Below are positions 1 to 12,000 of a DNA stretch of 64,000 bases, one piece after another; within the stretch, counting starts at the first letter, position 1; the number at the start of each line of letters is the position of its first letter. The notes beneath the pieces were generated by a model. That model did no database searches. It was not told the origin of the DNA and was given only the letters and a program-made list of their open reading frames with translations. The stretch lies in NCBI RefSeq assembly GCF_006345805.1, contig NC_042999.1:68200001-68264000 (forward strand), in the 5' to 3' direction. A program made the position numbers and the translations under genes. The stretch comes from Octopus sinensis (lineage: Eukaryota).

Positions 1-488
1 CCGGAGCCATGTGGTTCGTAAGCAAGCTACTTACCACTCAGCCACTCCTATGCCTATAAGCCATTTTATGACTGCTTTGCCCCTTCCTTGAATTGCAATT
101 TTTTTAATTCTACGTCTGGCAGAGCTTTTTGTGTACTTTAAATTGCTTCACTTGAAAATGTTCATGACTTTGTTGTTGTAATTATTGTTCTTGTTATGGC
201 CAGCAGAATTAGTAATGCAAGGGTTGGAAGAGCCAAACAGTTTAGTATTATTTTATTATGTTCTTGACTTGCCGATTTCTGTCAAAACTGCTGCTGCTCT
301 AGAAAGTTCTGCAGACAACAGTCTGCTAGGAATACTGAAATGAATGCTATTTGTACAATATAAATTGCTTAGCTGTGGAAAGAAGAAATTTCATGGGCTA
401 TAGTCTGCTTTGTTGGAAAAAATGTCTCATTTCTCCCCTGTGATGGCCATAGCTGCATTTCTTTATCTATATCTCTTTGTCCCGTTAT

Positions 489-530
<42 letters not shown>

Positions 531-949
531 GTCTAACTATTTATTTATCTATCTATCTATAAAATTTTATATATAGATTGAAGGCTGTGAGTTGGGTGAA
601 TTGTTAGCATGTCAGGCAAAATGCTTATCAGCTTTTCGTTCTTCTTTATGTTCTGAGTTCAAATCCCACTAAGGTTGCTGATCATCTTTTCAGGGTTGAT
701 AAAATAAGTACCAGTTGTACTCTGGAGTTAATGTAACCAACTTGCCCTCTTCTCTCAAAATTGCTGGTCATGTGACAAAATTTGAATAAATAAATATATA
801 TATATATATATAGCCCTGGTCAAACAATCAAACCCATGCCAGCATGGACAATGGACGTTACATGATGATGGTGATGATATGTATATATATATATATATAT
901 ATATATGTAGAGAGAGAGAGAAGAGGGAAGAATCCAAACAAAGCAGAAC

Positions 950-1500
950 AAACAAGAAAAATCAGTAACAGGAGGACATGGTACAAGTGTTGTATTATCA
1001 GACGCTCAGGAAAGGAAGGAAAGAGGATTTAACGTTTCAAGCCAAGCTTTTCGTCAGAAATAGAGGAAAGTCCAAAGGAAAGGAAGATGGAAGAAGATCA
1101 GCAACGATACACATGCGGTTATATATATACACACACACACACACTCACACACACACACACACATGTATATATATATATATATATATAGAATAAAACTTAT
1201 ATATAAAGAACGTGAAATTCACGAATTGACAAACACGGAAAAACGGACAGTAATTCAGAGCCTTCATTCTTCAGTCAGAAACCGATTCATCATGGCAAAT
1301 TTCGGCTGTTTAATTCTGGATTTGCTCCGAAAAGGCCAGCCCCAAGGAAAAGCTAAGCTATGGGCATTAGATTTGCTTGGTAGAAGGAAAGAAGGTGACA
1401 ACAGAGACGAATAGGAAAACAAGAGACGAAGATAAAATTGGAAACAGTAACGAATAAAAACAGGAATGATACGGGGGCGTCTTACGACTTTGAGACAAAA
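950..1500 (-). mobile_element. Penelope-like non-autonomous element with two hammerhead-like cores and internal microsatellites
   Basis: Cores at 1027-1061 and about 1245-1278 (CUGAAGA...GAAU, degenerate). A related sequence occurs in the opposite orientation at about 10300-10590. Confidence 0.5.
1027..1061 (-). ncRNA. Minimal hammerhead ribozyme-like core
   Basis: Minus strand AUUU-CUGACGA-a-AAGC(uug)GCUU-GAAAC-GUU-AAAU. Stem I 4 bp, stem II 4 bp, palindromic ACGU stem III. Confidence 0.55.
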
Positions 1501-1512
1501 TGAGACAAAACA

Positions 1513-1546
<34 letters not shown>

Positions 1547-1910
1547 GTGTGTGTGTGTGTATATATATGTATATATATATAATTCAAAGACAAAGGCAGG
1601 TGAAGGAACAACAAGGAGGTGTAATAGTTTAACACTTGGGAAGAATGGAAAAGTTTTTGACATTTCAAGTATATGCTCTTTGACAGAAAGGATTAAGAGG
1701 AAATAAAAAATATACAGAAAGAGAACACAAAAAAAAAAACAGAGAAAAAACTGTGTAGGGACTAACAGTTCAACATGGTATACATATATATATATAAATT
1801 AGTGTACATTTAAACACGAAGAGGTGAGCCCTTAAACAGGTTGCCTAATATACTAGAAAGAACTGTCAAAAAGTCCAAACCACAGTTAAGAGCAATTTCG
1901 AAGGGAATGA

Positions 1911-2033
1911 AAAATTTACCATGTTACAGCCAGACCTCAGGTTTTGAGTTTTAATTAGCAAATAAAATAAAATAAAAATTTACCATGTTACAGCCAGACC
2001 TCAGGTTTTGAGTTTTAATTAGCAAATAAAATA
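1911..2033. repeat. 64-bp tandem duplication
   Basis: aaaatttaccatgttacagccagacctcaggttttgagttttaattagcaaataaaataa occurs at 1911 and 1975. Confidence 0.9.
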
Positions 2034-2261
2034 ATTTGCAAGGCGAAGTTCTCATCAGCAGATATGCCAAAACATTAACATATAAATTAGAGACAAAATA
2101 ACATGTTTCTCATCTGTTATATATTATAATATATAAGGATGAGACATATATGAGGGTTTATGCAGTGAAGAAAGTGAGTGACATTGCAAACAATGCTATT
2201 GTATCTGCATGTGTGTATGTGTATGTATACATGTAGATATGTATGCATATATGTGTGTGCG

Positions 2262-2372
<111 letters not shown>

Positions 2373-2912
2373 TTAACTATCTACACATGTGTGAGAATAT
2401 ATTTATGCCTCTGTGTCTGTGTGTGCTTGCATGCATGCAAGAATGTGTGTGAGAGTGTGTATGTATGTGTCTGTGTGCGCGTATGTGTGTGTGTCTATCA
2501 GGGTATGTGTTTATGTGATCAAATTCATATTTTTCTCATCTTCATGTTTGTTTACTGATTGTAGACAATGAGCTTCAGGGTGGTATTGTTTGCATGCAGT
2601 CCACCATGAACAGATGTCCAAGTTTTCCCCCACATGTCTTGACATGCTACATGTTCTTTGCATGCAAACTACAAACAATGCACTCTTATGAACATATTCG
2701 TTTCCACCTCTCTCTATGTAGACATGTCTGAGCTGTTTGGTGTTCGATTGACAGGGTGGTTATTACCTTACTTGGAAACAGGAAGGGTTAGCAACACGAA
2801 GGACTTCTAACCATACTTCCTACACATATTGACTATTATCAGAATTTCTCTCCTGAAACAATTTCTGCAGCAAAGATTTTTATGCATTTGTATGCATTTT
2901 TTATATCTATCA

Positions 2913-2944
<32 letters not shown>

Positions 2945-3007
2945 GTCTATCTATCTATCTATCTATCTCTCTATCATCTGTCTGTCTGTCTATCTATCTC
3001 TCTATCA

Positions 3008-3039
<32 letters not shown>

Positions 3040-3340
3040 TCTCTCTATATATATATCATCTGTCTATCTGTCTGTCTATCTATCTATCTATCTATCTATC
3101 TATGGCGAAAGAATGTGTCTGGTGGACGCGTCTGAAAGGATTGGAGACAAACTCTTTCCTCTCTGGTCAGTCTCTCATCAACTTCTTCAAGTATCACTTG
3201 AAAAGGAAAGTGAGTATAGAGAAGCAAGTTTTGACAAGCGAATGTTTTAAAAAAAAGATGGGTGAATGTAGCAAGAATGGCATGTATGAATGACGAAGCC
3301 ACCGTGAGCATAATCCTATGAACCCGGAAATTGAAAACAG

Positions 3341-4100
3341 AGGGTTACCTATTTGCAAACAAATGTGGTAACATGTAACAATATTGACCGAGGTTACTGT
3401 GGTCTTTTCCGTAGGCTTTTCTTCCCACAGATAAACCTTATCTGCTTCCCCTTTACACCTTACATCTGTGATACACGATCCCTATTGATCGTTTTTTTTC
3501 CTTCTGTTTTTCTTTTCCCTTTTTTTTTCTTCTTCTTTCTGCTTTCCCTTTTACGATCCCTTTTGATAGAAAACCTACCCCACCTTTATACTTTTTTTCT
3601 TCACCCCCAAAAAGAAAAGCTCTACTTTGTAATCTGTCCCATCTATGTGCAGCCCTGTGTGACTAATAAAGAAACATATCTATCCATCTATCTGTATATC
3701 TATCTATCATCTGTCTGTCTGTCTGTCTATCTATCGATGTCTGTCTGTCTATCTATCGATCTATATATCTATCTATCTATCGAAAGGGTTACTTACTTGC
3801 AAACAAATGTGTTAACATGTGACATTATTGACCGAGGTTACCGTGGTCTTTTCCGTAGGCTTTTCTTTCCACGGATAAACCTTATCTGCTTCCCCCTTTA
3901 CACTTTACATCATGACATTTCTGTGATACACGATCCCTATTGATCATTTTTTTTTCTTTCCCTTTTACGATCCCTTTTGATTGAAAACCTACCCCACTTT
4001 TTTTTTTCTCTTTTCTCCCCAAAAAGAAAAGCTCTATTTTGTAATCTGTCCCGTCTGTGTGCAGCCCTGTGTGGCTAATAAAGAAACATATCTATGTATC
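3341..4100. repeat. Tandem duplication with about 444-bp period
   Basis: agggttac...gcaaacaaatgtg...gaaacatatctat begins at 3341 and 3785; the copies are separated by TATC tracts. Confidence 0.85.
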
Positions 4101-4250
4101 TATCTGTCTATCTATTGATCTATCTGTCTATCAATCGATCTGTCTATCTATCTATCTGTGTGTTTATCAATCTGTCTATCTATCTGTCTGTCTATCTATC
4201 TATCTGTGTGTCTATCTATCTATCAATCTGTCTGTCTGTCTCTCTGTCCG

Positions 4251-4290
<40 letters not shown>

Positions 4291-4329
4291 GGTAAGCATT
4301 CTGATGGTTAGGCAATCCATTTACTGTCA

Positions 4330-4710
4330 ACACCCGCTAAATGGAAGGCTAGGCATGCTGTGGTTGATGATGCGCAGACATGCGCTGAGACTGCGATATC
4401 TCTGGCGCTTCATAGACGATGGTGAACAGGTGTGGTCACTGTTTGTGCGGTGTGCTTTCCCACAGCTCGTCTCTTTGGCCAAACTGCAGTCATGGATGAA
4501 ACAAAGACCGAAGCTAGGTGAATGGCACTGCAAGTGCTGCGTTGCTCTCAAGCAACTCTACCGTCCTGGAGCAACTTGTGTGATTTCATTTCAACAAAGG
4601 CGTTCTATAGTGGATTAGTGGAGGGGAGGTGTGGCGACATTCTTGGGCAGAATCTGGGCGTTAACGAGGAACACCTGACCCGCCTGTTAAGGACAACGAT
4701 CAAAGTTTTG
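4330..4710 (+). mobile_element. L1/Tx1-clade LINE ORF2 fragment
   Basis: GRLGMLWLMMRRHALRLRYLWRF resembles the post-RT GGLG motif region. The end of this block matches the start of the 30990 fragment. Confidence 0.55.
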
Positions 4711-7700
4711 TATGTGTATTTGATAAAAGGAAATTGAATGAAACCCATAATGTAGCTATATGTATATATCTGTGTGTATGTGTTTGTGTGGCTTAGATTC
4801 TGTGTTTGTCTCCAACACCATTTAACAGTGTTGGTTTGTTTACATCCCTTAACTTAGCAGTTCAGCATAAAGAGATCGATAGAATAAGTACCCTTTCAAG
4901 GCGGTGCTCCCAGCATAGCTACAATCTAATGACAGGAACAAGTAAAATATATACATAGGTTAAAGACCTCTTTCAGACATGAATAACCATGAATTGCACC
5001 TAGGAAGTTCCCCTCTGTGGCACAAGTCAAGGTAAGGTTGTTTATGGAAGACCAGCAGTTGCCCATGCATACCAGCCTCCTCTCTCCACACCACCGATTT
5101 TATCCAAGGGAAAGGCAAAGGGGCCGATACAGCTTGGCCCCAATGCTGTTGCAATTCATTTCTACAGCTGAGTGAACTGCAGCAATGTGAAAATAAAGTG
5201 TCTTACTCAAGAATACAACACACATCCCAATGGAATAAGTACTAAGCTATCCTGGGGCGATTTCTTCTGTTAAAAAACCCTTCAAGGTGGTGCTCCAGCA
5301 TGGCCATGGTCAAATGACTGACACAAATAAACAGATAAAAGAAAGCACAAATTTTGTGGTGAGGGGTCCCAGTCCAGGAATTGAACTCACTACCTCATTA
5401 CTGTGAGACCGATGCTCTAACCATTGAGCGATATGCCTTCAGATATATTACTTTTGCTTCTAGCATGTACTGTGGAACACTGCCTTTATCACCAGGTACC
5501 TGAGATCTATGATTTTGCACCCTTCCATTTGTATGCTTTTATCATTGATCTTTCTTTGATATGTGTCTGCTATATCCATGATGAATCGTTTTCTGCCTTC
5601 TTTTTTACTTCATGAATCCCTTCCTTTACTGCCCTTCCCTTCTAATTTTGATTCCAGCCAGTTAAGGACAAAGTGGACCTAGCCACAAATCCACTACAAC
5701 CTACCTCTACTAGGAACACTGTACACTACCCTCCATATGCTTCACATTCTCACACAACACATACATATATATATATACATGCATACACACACATGCCCAT
5801 TCACACACATATATGTGTGTGTGTGTGTATTTATGTATGTATACACACACACTATAGAGAGAGTGTGTGGCTGAGGTCGACTTAGCCTTTCATCCTTTCA
5901 GGATCGATAAAATAGGTATCAGTTGAGCACTGGGGTTGGGGTAATCGATTAGCTCCCTCCCTCCCCCACAAAATTTGTGTATTCTTTTACTTGTTTCAGT
6001 CATTTGACTATGGCCATGCTGGAGCACTACCTTACAGGGGTTTTATAGTTGCAAAAAAAAACAAAAAAAGAAAGAAAAATCGACCCCAGGACTTATTCTT
6101 TGTAAGCCTAGTACTTATTTCATTGGACTCTTGTGACGAACTGCTAAGCTACAGGGACGTTAACACACCAACATCGGTTGCCAAGCGATGGTAGGGGGAC
6201 AAACACAGACATATGAAAATATATATATACGATGAGTTTCTTTCAGTTTCCGTCTATCAAATCCACTCACACGGCTGTGGTCGGCCCAAAGCTATAGTAG
6301 AAGACACTTGCCCAAGGTGTCACGCAGTGGGACTGAACCTGGAAGCATGCGGTTGCGAAGAAAGCTTCTTACCACACTTGCGCATAGAAGAAAGGACTGC
6401 TGTTATCATTATTAACTGTCTGGTATCACTTCGCTCTCTACTCTCTATGAAAAGAAGATACCTGACCAGAATAATAATGATTTATTGCTTGAATCACTCA
6501 CAACTAACGCTCTTTAACTACTACTTACTTATACAACTAGTGACATACATATTAAACATAACTATTAATATTAATATTGCAACCTTCGCCATAGGCTTTG
6601 TCGGAGTTATCTCCCTTAACCTTTTTATTATTTAACTTATCGCTAAGGCGGCGAGCTGGCAGAATCGTTAGCGCGCCGGTCAAAATGCTTAGCGGTATTT
6701 CGTCTGCCGCTACGTTCTGAGTTCAAATTCCGCCGAGGTCGACTTTGCCTTTCATCCTTTCGGGGTCGATTAAATAAGTACCAGTTACTCACTGGGGTCG
6801 ATATAATCGACTTAATCAGTTTGTCTGTCCTTGTTTATCCTCTCTGTGTTTAGCCCCTTGTGGATAATAAAGAAATAGGTATTTCGTCTGCCGTTACGTT
6901 CTGAGTTGAAATTCCGCCGAAGCTGACTTTGCCTTTCGGGGTCAATAAATTAAGCACCAGTTACGCACTGGGGTCGATGTAATCGACTTAATCCCTTTGT
7001 TTGTCCCCTCTATGTTTAGCCTTTGTGGGCAATAAAGAAATAAGAAACGTTAGCAGGCCAAATGAAATGCATAGTGGTATTTCGTCAGTCTTTACGTTGT
7101 AAGTTCAAATTTCGCCAAGGTCGACTTTGACTTTCATCCTTTCGGGGTCGATAAATTAAGTACCAGTTCTGTATTAGGGTCGATCTAATCGACTGGCCCC
7201 CTCCCCCAAAATTTCGGGCCTTGTGCCTGGAGTAGAAAAGATTATTTAACTTATCACTTGTTGACATGATTGTTTAGCCCCAGGCAACCTTAATCCAGTT
7301 GACGAATGATTAAAATTGTCAATACTGAACACGGATGAGGTATTCAGCAGTGACACACACCACAGATCTTTTGTGACTTGTGCCTCAGAAAGGAACTTTC
7401 TAGGTATAATCTCATGATCATTCATGACACCAAAATCTTTTATGTGCTTAGGGTCTCTATGGGTCTTAATCTTACCTTTTGTATGACTTAACCTTTTGGT
7501 ATTTAAACCAACCATCCAGCCTAAATATTTAGCAACTTTTATGCTCAAACCAGCCAGATTCAGCCTCTTATACCTACCCTACAATATCATTCTGACACTA
7601 AACAATCTCTTCATTGAAATCCCAAAGCTATGAGATAATCCATGATTAATTTATAACAATGTGAATAAAAAATACATTATATTTGATACTCTCGGAGTGG

Positions 7701-8971
7701 TTGGCGTTAAGGAAGGGCATACAGCTGTAGAAACTCTGCCAAATCAAGATTGGAGCCTGGTGCAGCCATCTGGTTCGCCAGCCCTCAGTCAAAATCGTCC
7801 AACCCATGCTAACATGGAAAGCAGATGTTAAACGATGATGATGATGATTTGGCAGAGCAATCTGAATGCTAAAGGGTTAAGGGACATGTAGCTGCTATTT
7901 CTAGCAAATTAAAAGACACTAAAGAAACTCTCTCTTGTTTGGTCAGTTTCTTGTGTTATTATGTGTGTGTGTGTATATGAGTTGTACTCAGGAAGAATTC
8001 CATGAAAAGAATGTCCTCTACAGACTAGTATGACAATCAACTTCACTCCATATTGTCAACAATCTACTTCAGCAAGGCATTGATATTTATTCCACCATCC
8101 TCCTGCCTGTTATATGTCTGGTGTATGTAGAGACTTGCACTTGATTACACCAGATCTGTCAGTTCCTGTACACATGCACAAACCCACACAAATATAGATA
8201 TATACATGCTTACTTACAAATGTGTGTGTGTGTGTGTGTTTGGCATGTCTGTGTGTATGTTTATGACTGTATATATTCACACTTGTAAAATATGCATGGT
8301 TATATATATGTATATATATAACTTCAGTTCATTAGTCACCAGCAGATCCATAAGTGTAAAGCAAAATTTTGTCTGAATGTAGAATGCTCATAATTGTCGG
8401 GAACGTGAAACTCAGAGTATAGAAAAATACATATTAATCCCTATTTTTGTAAGCAGCTGTGTGTATGTAGTATGTTTTTATTTTTGTATGAAGTATAAAT
8501 TAACCAAAGAGAAGCACATGCATGAACTTCTAATTTAACAGTAAATGCCACAATAATTATTATAGAAAAATTTCTTAATCACCATTATCATCGTTTAACG
8601 TCCGCTTTCCATGCTAGCATAGGTTGGATGAATAACTGAGGGCTGCACCAGGCTTCAATCTTGATCACATCAGATCATCAAACCATCAGCTGGATGCCCT
8701 TCCTAAAGTCAACCACTCTGAGTGTATTGGGTGCATTTACGTGCCACCGGCACGGGGCCAGTCAGGCAGTACTGGCAACGACCTTGCTCAAATCTTTTAC
8801 ACATACCACCGGCACAGGTGCCGGTAAGGCGATTCTGGTAACAATCACACTCGAATGGTGCTGCCTAAGTGCCACTGGCACAGAAGCCGGTTAGCCGCTC
8901 TGTCAATGATCACACTCGTATGGTGCTCTTTAACTCCACTCGCACAGACGCCAGTCATCGAAAATTGATTT

Positions 8972-9013
<42 letters not shown>

Positions 9014-12000
9014 CACATGTATTAAATGTTAATTTAAGGGTAAATATGTAACTGTAAATACCTTGCAACCTTACAAATGCTGCGATAATGATTAACTGGT
9101 AATTGAACAGTAAATGTGTATTTTTGTATACCTTGGGCCTGCCACCTCATTTTTCGTCAAGAGTTTCACCTCCAGCCATTCGTTATGTCAGTCAACACAT
9201 ACACTGACACACCATTCTGCTGTGGTGGCCATAAAGTTGCTGATGTGTAATTTTGCTCACATTAGGCTGTAAATTATTCATTTATTTCAAATATAATAGA
9301 AATAAGATGATCTTAATGATTTTAAATTAGAATTAAAAGTGAAAGAATGAAAGTTAAACAATATCATAGAGGCAACCCAATTTTAGAATGCCTAAGGAAC
9401 ATAAGCACACACACACACACAAACCCTCTCTCTCACTTTTAGAACATGGATAAGGTATGAAACATCAGCATTTCTGTTACCCACTATCCCTGTCTTTCTT
9501 CTACCATAGAAATTTGTTTTCTGTCTCCATATGAAATGGACCTATTTCTGTGAGTGAGAGACAGAAAGAGAGAAAGCGTGAAGTCCCTCGATGGGTCAGC
9601 TCATCAAATCGTCCAACCCATGCCAGCATGGAAAACGGACGTGAAATGATGATATATATATGTATATACACATACATATTTATGTCGATATGAAGTGCAA
9701 TGCTTGATCACATCAGATCATCAAATCCATGCTGGCAAAGATCATGGATGTTAAATGATGAGATGTGTATGAATACATATATATGTTCCTTTTTTGTATC
9801 ACCTGCCTGGCTGTTTTGCGTTCTTGTCCCATTTTTGTATTTTTATATATAAAAAGTATAGCGGCATATGTACACTTTGATCTCTTATATGTAAATATAT
9901 AGATATATCTAAATTTTGCACAACTCTACTATTCTTTCATTCTATCCTTCTATCAGCCCCTTCACACTTTGTTCATTCCACTCTTCTTTTGTTCTTCTCT
10001 CACATTTCCTGGCCTTCTCTTCATGCTCACCTTCCCTCTGTCCCTTTCATTTTTCTCTCGCTCCTCCTTAATTCTTCTATCCCTCTGCCTCTACCTCTCT
10101 CTCTCTCTCTCTTCTCTCACCAAGTGACCGGTGTTCGGCCAAGCCTGACTTTTCTTCCTTGGTTTGACTACCATCCATGCAACATCTATTTTCCCCTGTG
10201 CTTGTCAAATCCTATGTCCTATGCAGTAAGGCTTTACTTCCACACACGCCAGCTTACTTTAATTCGTCCTTAGTCAAAAGGCACCCATTGTTGCCCTGTT
10301 ATTTGTATTTATGTACCATTTCTCCGGTTTTTTTTCCCCGTTCTTATTTTTGCATACATTCGCTGCTTTCTTCCAAGGATTCTAGTGCTCTTAGCTTAGT
10401 TTTTCCATGGGGCTGGCCAGATTGGAGCAATCTCTAGCATAACCAGCCAAAATTGCAAAGATAATCTGGAACTCGAATGACCCATCCTTTTTTTTCTTTG
10501 TATCATGTCTGAATGTTTTGTTGTCCGTCCCTTTTCTGTATCACCCAACTGTCTGGATGTTTTGCGTTCTTGTCCCAGCTTTGTATTTTTTTATATATAA
10601 AAATATACATATATATAACAATATATATAATGCATATATATGTATGTGTATGAATGTGAGTTTGCATATCGTTAGTACACAATTATAGAAAATCTCTATG
10701 TTGAATACAGAGTATTTTGTAAATGGGTTTTAATGCTTACATTGTTCTGTTCTGTTTTATACCAATCGTTGTTTTAGCAAAGCAAATGTTTGTTCAGGTT
10801 TGTCAGAAGAGTTACAACCTCTCCAATGAGCTTAAACAAACGTTCAGTACAAAGAGGTAAGCAACAGATGGTGGTAGTTGGAAGTGATAGCACAACAGCC
10901 AGTACGACATGCTTAACCCCTTTCATCACTTCTGTTCCAAATCTATTTATCAAAAGTTTTCCAGCCATGACTATCCCAACTTTACTGATATTACACCAGC
11001 ATGAAAAATGGATTTTAAATGATGATGATGATGATTTAACCCTTTAGCATTTAAACCAGCTATATCTGACCCCAATGTTCTACCTTACTATATTATCAGA
11101 CCAGTCAGATCCAGCCTCTCACACAATCATCGTTTTACGTCTGCTTTCCATGCTAGCATGGGTTGGACGATTTGACTGAGGACTGGCAAACCAGATGGCT
11201 GCACCAGGCTCCAATCTTCATCTGGCAGAGTTTCTACAGCTGGATGTCCTTCCAAATGCCAACCACTCCAAGAGTTTAGTGGATGATTTTATGTGCCACC
11301 GACATGAAGGCCAGTCAGGCGGTACTGGCAACGGCCACTCTCAAATGGTGTTTTTTTATGTGCCACCATCATTGAAATCTCAAAGCTATGACAAACAAAT
11401 CCTACTGGAAACACTACCTCTGCTTTGCTAAGGCTGCATCATCAGTACTGGCAATGACCTCACTCAAATCTTTTACACATGCCACCGGCACAGGTGCCAG
11501 TAAGGCGATGCTGGTAACGATAACGCTCGAATGGTGTTTTTTACGTGCCACCGACACGGACGCCAGATAGCCACTCTAAGCATTACATCTGACAGAATAA
11601 CCAGAATACTAAAGGGTTAAAGTCTTTTCTTTGGATGAAAGTGATTTGAGAGAGATGAGGCTGCTATTTCAAGTAAGTCACACAAGTGGCATATTTTATT
11701 CATCTTCTGTTGGGCTGTGACCACACTGGAACACCACCTTCAACTATTTAGTAAAACAAAACTCTAGTACATTTTTTTTTTCACGTTTGGTCTGCTAGTC
11801 TACATTTGTCAAATTGTTACTGACATGTAAACAAACAACACCAACTGACATGCATCGTTGGAGTACAAACACACACGTAGATATAAAAAGCTTCCACAGA
11901 TTACATCTGCTCGATTCACTCAAAAGGACAACCCAGGGCTAATAATTATTGGCCAGACATTGGGATACAATTTTAGATATATTAGGATGTGCTTTTACCA

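Noticed and set aside
150-460. Possible hAT transposase dimerisation-domain remnant on the minus strand
   Set aside because: Only a loose resemblance (QLSNL...SIPS...) across frameshifts; too weak to call.
9132-9267. Exon-like minus-strand segment with acceptor and donor
   Set aside because: Stops in all three frames and no homology; cannot be supported without expression data.
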